Made by a program: the position numbers and the translations under genes. From Acidobacteriota bacterium (GTDB lineage Bacteria; Acidobacteriota; Polarisedimenticolia; J045), in the NCBI GenBank assembly GCA_027064265.1, contig JAMOQA010000552.1, positions 1 through 28,749 of the forward strand: a stretch of 28,749 nt of DNA, in the 5' to 3' direction. This document shows, in pieces, positions 8,250 to 15,938 of this stretch. Position 1 is the first letter of the stretch, and the number at the start of each line of letters is the position of its first letter. The notes under the pieces are model-generated. The model worked only from the letters and a program-made list of their open reading frames with translations. It was not told where the DNA came from and did no database searches.

Positions 8250-9998
8250 ATGACCGCACCCGCGAGATCCCCCCGCGCCTTCCCGTGGGGGCCCGTCCTC
8301 CTCCTCCTGGCCGCGGCGGGAGCCGTCTTCGCGCTCTCCCTCGGGACGCGGGACCTGTGGCCGCCGGACGAGCCCCGCTACGCCCTGGTCGCCCGGGAGA
8401 TGCTCGAGGACGGGTCGTGGTTCCTTCCCCACGTCAACGGCCGCCCGTACCCGGACAAGCCGCCCCTGCTCTTCTGGCTGATCGCCCTCGCGTCCCGGCT
8501 GACCGGGGGCGTGAACCAGGTCTCCGCCATCCTCCCCTCCCTGGTCTCGGCGCTCCTGGTCCTCCTGGGAGCGGCACGCCTCGCCTTCGTACTGCCGGGC
8601 CGGGACACCCGCGGGGCGCCTCTCCTCGCCGCCGGCCTGCTGGCCGTCTCGTGGCGCTTCGCGATGCAGGCCACCGTCGGCCAGATCGACATGCTCCTCG
8701 TCGCGGGGACGACCTGGGCCTTCCTGCTGCTGGTGCTCGGCGCCGGCCTCGACCCGGGAGGCCGGCCCCGGCCGCGGCTCGCGGTCCTCGCCTGGGGGGC
8801 GATGGGGCTCGCCATCCTGGCCAAGGGACCGGTCGGGCTGATCCTCCCCCTCGGCGGGCTGGTCCTCGGGCTGCTCCTCGCCGGGGAGCGGGTCCCGTGG
8901 CGCCGCCTCTTCCCGCCCGCCGGGATCGCTCTCCTCGTCGCCGTCCTGGCGGCCTGGCTCGTCCCCGCCTCCCTCGAGGCCCTCCGGGGCGGCAACCGGT
9001 CCTGGCTCTTCGACCTGCTGTTCCGGCAGACCGCCGTGCGGTACGTCGCCTCCTGGCACCACTTCCGTCCACCCTGGTACCTGTTCGTCGTCCCGCTCTA
9101 CGACTTCCAGCCCCTCGTGCTCTTCGCCCTGCCCGGCATCCTGGCCCTGCCCCGGGCCTTCCGGGCGGTCCGCCGGGCGGGAGCGGCCGACCCGGACCAG
9201 CGCGCCTTCCGGGCGGTCCTCCTCCTGGCCGGCGCGGTGCTGTTCGTCCTGGTCTTCTTCTCGATTCCCCGGGGAAAGCGGGCGGTCTACATCCTGCCGG
9301 CGATGCCCCTTCTCGCGGCCCTCGCCGGCATCGACCTGGACCGGCGGCTGGCGGGGCGGGCGCCCCTTCGTCCCCTGCGCCTCGCCGCGGGGGCGGCCGC
9401 GCTGCTCTTCGGCGGCCTCGCGATCGCCCTCTTCGCGGTGGTTCCCGGGGAGCTGGCGGCCCGGGGGATCGACCTGGACCCGCGCCTCTTCGCGGGAACC
9501 CTCGCCCTCGCCGCCGCGCTGCTCCTCGCGGCGGCCCTCGCCCGGAAACCCGCCCCCTGGCTCGCGGCCGCGCTCCTCGCCGGCCTCGCCACCTGGGGCG
9601 TCGGCTACCGGACCGTCCTCCCGGCCCTCGACGCGCGCAACTCGGCGGGCGCGTTCGTCGCCGCGGCCCGGGAGAAACTGCGCCCGGGGGCGCCGGGGGG
9701 GATGGTCGACTTCCGGGCCCGCTTCGGCTTCCACGCGGGCCGCCTCGTGGAGGCCCTCCCCTCGGACCACCCGGCGATGGACCGGCTCGCCCGCCGGCTC
9801 GCCGGGGACGAACCGTTCTGGGTGATCGTGAGGGAGCGGCACCTGCCCGCTCTCCTCCGCCGGATACCGCCCGACCGGAAACCGGTCGAGGTGCTCCGCC
9901 GCCCGGTGGGGAACGCCGTCTTCGTCGTCCTCGCCAACCGGGCGGCGCTGCGGGAACCCCCGGCCGGCCGGGGCGATGACCGGGAGGAGGAACCGTGA
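8250..9998 (+). CDS. ArnT-like (GT83/PMT_2) GT-C membrane glycosyltransferase, copy 1
   Basis: 'LWPPDEPRYALVAREM', 'PHVNGRPYPDKPPLLFW', 'LAKGPVGLILP', 'HFRPPWYL' and 'KRAVYILP'; many TM segments; ATG at 8250 with a GGAG RBS. Confidence 0.88.
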   Translation: MTAPARSPRAFPWGPVLLLLAAAGAVFALSLGTRDLWPPDEPRYALVAREMLEDGSWFLPHVNGRPYPDKPPLLFWLIALASRLTGGVNQVSAILPSLVSALLVLLGAARLAFVLPGRDTRGAPLLAAGLLAVSWRFAMQATVGQIDMLLVAGTTWAFLLLVLGAGLDPGGRPRPRLAVLAWGAMGLAILAKGPVGLILPLGGLVLGLLLAGERVPWRRLFPPAGIALLVAVLAAWLVPASLEALRGGNRSWLFDLLFRQTAVRYVASWHHFRPPWYLFVVPLYDFQPLVLFALPGILALPRAFRAVRRAGAADPDQRAFRAVLLLAGAVLFVLVFFSIPRGKRAVYILPAMPLLAALAGIDLDRRLAGRAPLRPLRLAAGAAALLFGGLAIALFAVVPGELAARGIDLDPRLFAGTLALAAALLLAAALARKPAPWLAAALLAGLATWGVGYRTVLPALDARNSAGAFVAAAREKLRPGAPGGMVDFRARFGFHAGRLVEALPSDHPAMDRLARRLAGDEPFWVIVRERHLPALLRRIPPDRKPVEVLRRPVGNAVFVVLANRAALREPPAGRGDDREEEP

Positions 9999-11905
9999 CC
10001 GAGCCCCGCGCGGCCGGCGGCGGCCGGGTCCGGACCCTCCTCCTCGTCGCCCTCGCCGCCGCGGCCCTCGCCCCGTCGATCGTCGATCGCGAGCTGCTGC
10101 CCCCGGACGAACCCCGCTTCGCCCTGGTCGCCCGGGAGATGTTCGCGTCCGGCGACTGGGTGGTCCCGACCCGGGGCGGGCGTCTCTACCTGGACAAGCC
10201 GCCGCTCCTCTTCTGGGCGGCGGCGCTGGCCTTCCGGCTCGCCGGCGGCCCCTCGGAGGCGGCGGCCCGGGTTCCCTCCCTCCTCGCCACCCTCCTCCTC
10301 GTGCTGGTCCTCCACCGGCAGGGCCGCCGCTGGTTCGGCGAGCCGACCGCCACCCTGGGAACCCTGGTCTTCTCCTCGTTCCTCCTGGTGCAGCAGCGGG
10401 GGGCGTGGGTCGCCACCGACGCCCTGCTGGCGAGCGCCGTCTTCCTCGCCCTCGCCGCCCTCGACCGGGCGCGGGACGGCGGCACGTTCGCCGCCGTCCT
10501 CGCCGGGGCGGCCGCCGCCCTCGGGGTACTCGCCAAGGGGCCGGTCGCCCTCCTGCACCTGGTGCTCGCGGCGGTGGCGGGGCTCCTCGCCGGGGAGCGG
10601 TTCTCCCTGCGCCCCCTCGTGCGGCCCGCCGGGCTCCTGCCGTTCCTCGCCGTCGCCCTGCCGTGGCCGGCGCTCCTGGTCGCCCGGCTCGGCTGGGACG
10701 TTCCCCGGCACGCCCTGTGGCACCAGAACGTGGAGCGGTTCGCCCGGTCCTGGGACAACCTGGAACCGTGGTGGTACCACGGGAAGGCGCTCTTCCTCGG
10801 GACGCTCCCCTGGTCCCTCCTCCTCGTCGGCGCCCTCGCCCCCGCGGTGCTGGGACCCCTCCTCCGGGAGCGCCGTGCCCGGTGGCTCGCGGGCTGGGTC
10901 CTCCTCGAGTTCGCCTTCTTCTCCCTCCCCCAGGGGAAGCGGGGGGTCTACCTGCTGCCGGTCTACCCGGCCCTCGCCCTCCTCGCGGCCCGGGCGATTC
11001 CCCTGGTCCGCACCCGGCCCGGCCCCCGTCTCGCAGGGGCGGCGGCCGCCGGGATCGCGGCCCTCGCGGCCCTGGCCGGGGCCGTCTCGATCGCGCTCGG
11101 CGGCCCGGGGCTTCCCGCGGCCCTGGCCGGCGAGCCGGCGGTGCGCCGGGGAGCGGCGGCGCTGCTGGCCCTGGTGGCGGCAACCCTCGGGGCGGCGGCC
11201 GCTCTCCTCGCCCGGGGCGACCGCCGCTATCCCTGGGCGATCGCCGCTCTCCTCGTCGGCGCGGGGATCCTGTGGCCGTGGGCCCTCGCGCCGGCGATCG
11301 ACGCGGGCCAGGGGGCCCGGGCATTCGCGGCGGCGGCCCGGGCGGCGGTCCCGCCCGGGGCGGAGGTCGCGGTCACCCGGACGAAGTGGGAGGTCGTCGC
11401 CTGGTACACCGGGTGGTCGATGGAACGGCTGGCCTCCCCCGAGGAGGTCCGTTCCTGGCTCGCCTCCCCCGGTTGCCGGGTGGTCCTCGGCCCCCCGGGA
11501 GAGCTGGGAGCGCGGGAGCGGTGGCCCCGGGGTACCCGGGTCCTCCTCGAGGGCCGGCTCGGACGACGACGGTACCTGGTCGTCGGACGCGGGTGCGGCG
11601 GGCTTCGTCAGAGGAGGCCGTGGGCGAGGAGGAGGTCCCGGTCGACGAGCAGCTCCTCCGTCCGTCCCCGGGCGACGACCCGCCCCCCGTCGAGGATCGC
11701 CGCCTCCGGGCAGAGGGCCCGGGCGAACTCGAGATCGTGGGTCGCGACCAGCTGGGTCGCCGGGAGCTCGCGGAGCAGCTCCGCGAGCTCCCTCCGCCCC
11801 CGCGGGTCGAGACCGGCGGTCGGCTCGTCGAGCAGGAGGACTCCCGGCTCGAGGACCAGGACCCCGGCGAGGCAGGCCCGCCGCTTCTCGCCCTGGGACA
11901 GGTGA
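9995..11905 (+). CDS. ArnT-like (GT83/PMT_2) glycosyltransferase, copy 2, with a C-terminal tail overlapping the convergent ATPase gene
   Basis: 'LLPPDEPRFALVAREM', 'YLDKPPLLFW', 'LAKGPVAL', 'EPWWYH' and 'KRGVYLLP'; GTGA overlap with copy 1. The last ~100 codons are antisense to 11608-11905. Confidence 0.82.
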   Translation: MTEPRAAGGGRVRTLLLVALAAAALAPSIVDRELLPPDEPRFALVAREMFASGDWVVPTRGGRLYLDKPPLLFWAAALAFRLAGGPSEAAARVPSLLATLLLVLVLHRQGRRWFGEPTATLGTLVFSSFLLVQQRGAWVATDALLASAVFLALAALDRARDGGTFAAVLAGAAAALGVLAKGPVALLHLVLAAVAGLLAGERFSLRPLVRPAGLLPFLAVALPWPALLVARLGWDVPRHALWHQNVERFARSWDNLEPWWYHGKALFLGTLPWSLLLVGALAPAVLGPLLRERRARWLAGWVLLEFAFFSLPQGKRGVYLLPVYPALALLAARAIPLVRTRPGPRLAGAAAAGIAALAALAGAVSIALGGPGLPAALAGEPAVRRGAAALLALVAATLGAAAALLARGDRRYPWAIAALLVGAGILWPWALAPAIDAGQGARAFAAAARAAVPPGAEVAVTRTKWEVVAWYTGWSMERLASPEEVRSWLASPGCRVVLGPPGELGARERWPRGTRVLLEGRLGRRRYLVVGRGCGGLRQRRPWARRRSRSTSSSSVRPRATTRPPSRIAASGQRARANSRSWVATSWVAGSSRSSSASSLRPRGSRPAVGSSSRRTPGSRTRTPARQARRFSPWDR

Positions 11906-12378
11906 TGGGGAGGCCGCTCTCCGTGACCGGGAAGGCCGACCCGGGCGAGGGCGTCCTCCGCCCGCCGGGCCGCCTCCTCCCCCGGCACGCCGCGCACCCG
12001 AAGGCCCCAGGCCACGTCCTCGGCGACCGTCAGCGAGAAGAGCTGGTCGTCCGGGTCCTGGAAGACGATTCCCACCGCCCGGCGCAGCTCCCGGGCCGCG
12101 GCCCGGTCCCTCCAGGAGCGCCCCCCGATCGTGACCTCCCCGGGCGTCCCGTGCCGGTGGTCCGGGTCCCCCGGGCGGTGGGCGTGGACGTAGCGGCGGC
12201 CGGGCAGGAGGCCCGCCACGTGCAGGAGGAGCGTCGACTTGCCCGCCCCGTTCGGGCCGAGGAGGGCGATCCGTGTCCCCGGAGCGACGTCCAGGTCGAC
12301 TCCCCGGAGGGCCGGGGTGCCGTCCGGCCAGTGGTAGGCGAGGCCCCGGACGCGGACCCCGAGAGGCGTCCCGGTCAC
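11608..12378 (-). CDS. cbiO: ECF transporter ATPase component (CbiO/NikO)
   Basis: Walker A 'GPNGAGKST', Q-loop 'VFQDPDDQLF', signature 'LSQGEKRR', Walker B 'LLLDEPTAGLD', H-loop 'ATHD'; the GTG start overlaps the upstream stop (GTGA). Confidence 0.92.
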   Translation of the reverse strand: MTGTPLGVRVRGLAYHWPDGTPALRGVDLDVAPGTRIALLGPNGAGKSTLLLHVAGLLPGRRYVHAHRPGDPDHRHGTPGEVTIGGRSWRDRAAARELRRAVGIVFQDPDDQLFSLTVAEDVAWGLRVRGVPGEEAARRAEDALARVGLPGHGERPPHHLSQGEKRRACLAGVLVLEPGVLLLDEPTAGLDPRGRRELAELLRELPATQLVATHDLEFARALCPEAAILDGGRVVARGRTEELLVDRDLLLAHGLL

Positions 12379-13004
12379 GGCGCCCCTCCCCGGGCGCGGC
12401 GGGCCAGCTCCCTCCGCTCCGCCCGGGCGAGGGCCCGGAGGAGGAGCGCGGCGACCAGGCGCCCGTAGCCCCGCACCGTGTCCACCGGAGCCCCGGCGAG
12501 ACCGGCGAACGGCCGGCCCGCGGGGTGGCGCGCCCGGCGCGCCCGGAGCATCGCCCGGGCCTCGTCCCCCAGGAGGACGAGGCTGGCGAGGGTGGCCTCC
12601 ATCACGTCGACGAGCCCGGCGGGCACCCGGAGCGCGCGCAGGCCGGCGACGATGCCCGGGGGCCCGAGGAGCGCGGCGGTGGCCCCGGCGAGGAGGACCG
12701 CCGTGCCGGCCCGGGCGAGGAGGGCGGCGAGGACGATCGCCCGCCGCCCGGGGGGCGCGAGGAGTGCCGCCGGGGCGGCGAGCAGGAACGCGACCGGCAG
12801 GGCGAAGAGGAGGACCCTGGCGGCGGTCCGGGCGCCCCCGGCGCGGCGCGAGAGGAAGGCGAGGGCCGCGACCGCCAGCAGCCCCCAGGCGCAGAAGGAA
12901 GGGAGCACCGGCTCGCCCCGCAGCCCGGCCGGCAGGAGGCCGGCGAGGGCGGTCGCGCCGACCCCGGCGAGCAGCGCGACGCCCGGACGGCCGACCTCCC
13001 TCAC
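12375..13004 (-). CDS. cbiQ: ECF transporter transmembrane T component (CbiQ/NikQ)
   Basis: Hydrophobic protein with 'GLRALRVPAGLV', 'EARAMLRARRAR' and 'LLLRALARAE' conserved-Arg regions; GTGA overlaps on both sides, between the M and O genes. Confidence 0.8.
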   Translation of the reverse strand: MREVGRPGVALLAGVGATALAGLLPAGLRGEPVLPSFCAWGLLAVAALAFLSRRAGGARTAARVLLFALPVAFLLAAPAALLAPPGRRAIVLAALLARAGTAVLLAGATAALLGPPGIVAGLRALRVPAGLVDVMEATLASLVLLGDEARAMLRARRARHPAGRPFAGLAGAPVDTVRGYGRLVAALLLRALARAERRELARRARGGAP

Positions 13005-13948
13005 CGGTGGATCCGCTCCCCCGCACCGGGCAGGCCCCGCCCGATCAGCCAGCCGAGGACGGCCGCGAGGGCCGTGCCGAGGACCCCGGCGACCGCGGTC
13101 GCGAGGCCGGCGTGGCGCGCGAGCGCCGGCACCCCGTAGTCGGCGAGGGGACCGGGGAGGACCACTCGCTCCCGGGCGGCGAACCCGAGGCGTTCCGCCA
13201 CCGCCTCGAGCCCGTCCGGCAGGCTCGAGGCGAAGGGCGCTGCGAAGGCCGCGAGGAGCAGCGCCACTCCGAGAAGCGTCCCCGCGAGGGCGAACCACCG
13301 CTCGCCGGCCGGGCTCGCCGTGCCCGCCGCCGGCAGGTCCGGCCGCCAGCGGAGGAGCACCACGAGCACCGCGCCGGTCAGGGCCGCCTCGAGCACGCCG
13401 ATCGCCGCGTGGGTCACGAGCACCAGGGGCAGGATCCCCCCGAGGGGATAGAGCCCGGACAGGGAGAGCCACAGGGCGACGAGGGTCGCCCCGACCAGCG
13501 TGGCGAGAAACGCGCCGAGCACCGCCCCGGCCAGGCGCGCCCGGGGGGAGTCGCTCCCGCGGGAGACCAGGGAGGCGACGCCCCAGCCGACGAGGCACCC
13601 CGCGGCGCCCATGTCGAGGACGTTCGCCCCGAGGGCGGTGATCCCGCCGTCCTGGAAGAGCAGCGCCTGGATCGCGAGCACCACCGCCATCACCAGCATG
13701 CCCCGGCCCGGGCCGACCAGCAGGGCCACCAGGGTCGCGCCGACCAGGTGGCCGCTGGTCCCGGGCGCCACCGGGACGTTGATCATCTGGGCGGCGAAGA
13801 TGAAGGCCGCGAGGGACCCGAGCATGGTCGCCGGGGCGGGCTCCTCGCGGCGGCGGGCCGTCGCGAGCCCCCCCGCGAGGAGGGCCCCCGCGGCGAGCCA
13901 GGTCCCGGCGGCGACCGGCGCGGTGACGAATCCGTCGGGGATGTGCAT
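13001..13948 (-). CDS. nikM: ECF S component CbiM/NikM fused to a PDGLE (NikN-like) domain; probably a nickel importer
   Basis: N-terminal metal-binding 'MHIPDG', 'FAAQMIN.P...GTSGHLVG', 'ALLFQDGGITALGAN', and C-terminal 'SSLPDGLEAVAERLGF'; GAGGAG RBS at 13957-13962. Confidence 0.88.
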   Translation of the reverse strand: MHIPDGFVTAPVAAGTWLAAGALLAGGLATARRREEPAPATMLGSLAAFIFAAQMINVPVAPGTSGHLVGATLVALLVGPGRGMLVMAVVLAIQALLFQDGGITALGANVLDMGAAGCLVGWGVASLVSRGSDSPRARLAGAVLGAFLATLVGATLVALWLSLSGLYPLGGILPLVLVTHAAIGVLEAALTGAVLVVLLRWRPDLPAAGTASPAGERWFALAGTLLGVALLLAAFAAPFASSLPDGLEAVAERLGFAARERVVLPGPLADYGVPALARHAGLATAVAGVLGTALAAVLGWLIGRGLPGAGERIHR

Positions 13949-13987
13949 CGGTCCGGCTCCTCGATTCGGGCTTCCCCGGGAAAGTCC

Positions 13988-14032
13988 ATTATCCCCCGCC
14001 CGCGGGGGATCGCCCGGGCACGGCGGTATCAT
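13988..14032. promoter_or_regulatory. Divergent promoter region: GATAAT (- strand, 13988-13993), 9-bp palindrome (13991-14010), TATCAT (+ strand, 14027-14032)
   Basis: atcccccgc-cc-gcgggggat is a perfect inverted repeat; -10-like hexamers lie on each strand; the + hexamer is 9 nt before the kinase ATG and no SD is visible. Confidence 0.45.
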
Positions 14033-14041
14033 CCTCCCGAG

Positions 14042-14968
14042 ATGCCCGGCCGCCGCGAACGAAAACGCGCTCCGAGGGACCCCCTGCAGGTGAACCTGCG
14101 GTGGCTGGTCCACCTGATCCTGCTGACCGTCGTCCTCCCGACGACGGTCCTCACCGGGATCGGGCTCGCGATCCTCTGGGTCCACGAGCAGGTCTCCGAC
14201 CTGCTGTTCGGGCTGCTCGTCGTCGCCTTCGCCGGCTCGATGACCGCGGGGGCGCTGCTCCTGCTCTTCCTCGCCCGGCGGGGCGCCCGCCTCGCCGAGG
14301 TGCAGGAGACCTTCGTCTCCCGGATGAGCCACGAGATCCTGACCCCGATCGCCGGGATCCGGCTCCACGTCCAGATCCTGGAGACGATGGACCTGCCCCG
14401 GGAGGCGGCCGACTCGATCCAGGCGATCCGCCGGGAGGTCGACCGCCTCCAGGAGCTGGTCGGCCGCATCATGGAGTGGCGCCAGGTGCGCTCCCCGAAG
14501 CACCTCTACCGCATCCGGCGCACGACGCCGGCGGAGATCGCGGAGATGGTCGCCGAGCGCCTCGCGGACCCGGCGGCCCTCCGGGTACGGATCGTCGACG
14601 AGTTCACGTTCCGCGCCGACCCGGACGCGATCGCGGAGGCCCTGGGCAACCTGGTGCAGAACGCGATCAAGTACGCGGGAGAGCGTCTCCCGGTGGAGAT
14701 GGTCGCCCGGCGCTGGGGCCGCCTCGCCGTCTTCGCGGTCAACGACGAGGGGCCGGGGCTCCCGCCGACCCCCCTCGAGCAGCTGTTCGAACCGTTCACC
14801 CGGTGGGTCGCCCGGGACCGGCCGGACCCCGGGGGAACCGGGCTGGGACTCGCCATCGCCCGCCAGATCGTGCGGGCCCACGGGGGCCGCCTGACCGCCT
14901 CCCGGCGACGGGGACGGGGCACCCGGTTCCTCGTCACCCTCCCGTCCGCCGAGGGAGCTTCCCGATGA
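14042..14968 (+). CDS. Small two-TM sensor histidine kinase with no periplasmic domain
   Basis: Two TM helices joined by ~6 residues (HEQVSD); H-box 'FVSRMSHEILTP'; N-box 'LGNLVQNAIKY'; 'DEGPGLP' and 'GTGLGLAIA'. Confidence 0.9.
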   Translation: MPGRRERKRAPRDPLQVNLRWLVHLILLTVVLPTTVLTGIGLAILWVHEQVSDLLFGLLVVAFAGSMTAGALLLLFLARRGARLAEVQETFVSRMSHEILTPIAGIRLHVQILETMDLPREAADSIQAIRREVDRLQELVGRIMEWRQVRSPKHLYRIRRTTPAEIAEMVAERLADPAALRVRIVDEFTFRADPDAIAEALGNLVQNAIKYAGERLPVEMVARRWGRLAVFAVNDEGPGLPPTPLEQLFEPFTRWVARDRPDPGGTGLGLAIARQIVRAHGGRLTASRRRGRGTRFLVTLPSAEGASR

Positions 14969-15648
14969 GCCACCACCTCCTCGTCGTCGAGGACGACCAG
15001 ACCCTGCGCGAGGGGCTGCGCCGGGTCCTCGAGAAGAGCGGCTACCGGGTCTCCACCGCGGTGCGCGGCATCGACGCCCTGCGCCTGATCCGCGAGGAGC
15101 CGCCCGACCTCGTGGTCCTCGACCTGATGCTGCCCGGCCTCGACGGAACCTACGTGCTCGAGAAGATCCGCAGCGAGGGATTCACCGCTCCCGTGATCAT
15201 CCTCTCCGCCCGGGACTCGGTCGAGGACCGGATCCGGGGCCTGCGTACCGGGGCGGACGACTACGTCACCAAGCCGTTCGACCTCGAGGAGCTGCTGGCA
15301 CGCATCGCGGTGCGCCTGCGGCGCTCCTACGAACCCCGGCTCTTCCGTTTCGGCGACGTGGTCGTGGACGCCGGCGCCCGCTCGGTGACCCGCGGGGGCG
15401 AGGAGCTGCACCTCACCCCCAAGGAGTTCGACCTTCTCGTCTACTTCGCCGAGCACCCGGGAGAAGCGCTCTCCCGGGGGAAGATCCTCGAGGACGTGTG
15501 GGGCGCCGATTACCGGGGCACGCGACGCACCGTGGACAACTTCGTCCGCGCCCTCCGGGCCAAGCTCGAGGACGACCCCGAGGAGCCGCGCTTCTTCCAG
15601 ACGGTCCGCGCCCGCGGCTACCGGTTCGACCCGCGCGGCCGCACCTGA
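14965..15648 (+). CDS. OmpR/PhoB-family response regulator
   Basis: 'LLVVEDD', 'VLDLMLPGLDG', 'GADDYVTKPF', winged helix 'LTPKEFDLL...RTVDNFVRALRAKLE...TVRARGYRF'; ATGA overlap with the kinase. Confidence 0.95.
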   Translation: MSHHLLVVEDDQTLREGLRRVLEKSGYRVSTAVRGIDALRLIREEPPDLVVLDLMLPGLDGTYVLEKIRSEGFTAPVIILSARDSVEDRIRGLRTGADDYVTKPFDLEELLARIAVRLRRSYEPRLFRFGDVVVDAGARSVTRGGEELHLTPKEFDLLVYFAEHPGEALSRGKILEDVWGADYRGTRRTVDNFVRALRAKLEDDPEEPRFFQTVRARGYRFDPRGRT

Positions 15649-15689
15649 TCCCGCGCGTTGCTCCGCGCCGCCCGGGCCGGCTGCCGTCG

Positions 15690-15934
15690 GCCCCTGCACG
15701 TCGAGTTCCACCAGGTACCGCGCTCCCCGGCAGAGGATTTCGTGCAGGGGCGCAGCGTGCTGCGCCCGGGTCGCCCGCAGGGCGACCAGCATGGCGGTGT
15801 TTCGCACCGCACGGGTCGAGCACGCTCGACCCCCACGCGTGACGTTGAACGGTGATCCGAACCACACGCGTCACGAACGGGCGCAGGGGCGCAGCGTGCT
15901 GCGCCCGGGTCGCCCGCAGGGCGACCAGCATGGC
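15690..15934. repeat. REP-like palindrome cluster: two identical 52-bp units (15744-15795 and 15883-15934) plus additional hairpins
   Basis: Unit gcaggggcgcagcgtgctgcgcccgggtcgcccgcagggcgaccagcatggc occurs twice and contains two perfect stems. Further stems are at 15794-15810, 15813-15832, 15838-15844/15869-15875 and 15690-15700/15741-15751. Confidence 0.85.
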
Positions 15935-15938
15935 CGCG

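Noticed and set aside
7766-12468. Long Arg/Pro/Gly-rich ORFs (7766-9979, 8199-11324, 9976-12468)
   Set aside because: Off-frame or antisense to the ArnT genes; low-complexity composition typical of non-coding GC-rich frames.
13949-14041. Cobalamin or NiCo riboswitch upstream of the ECF operon
   Set aside because: The region is 93 bp and must also hold two promoters; no recognisable conserved riboswitch elements were seen by eye.
12764-14881. Long N-terminal extensions of the kinase (from 12764) and nikM (from 14881) in the ORF track
   Set aside because: They overlap opposite-strand genes; family N-termini and RBS or -10 evidence support starts at 14042 and 13948.
15744-15934. Possible mini CRISPR array
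   Set aside because: Only two repeats, 52 bp long with an 87-bp highly structured spacer, and no cas genes in the window.
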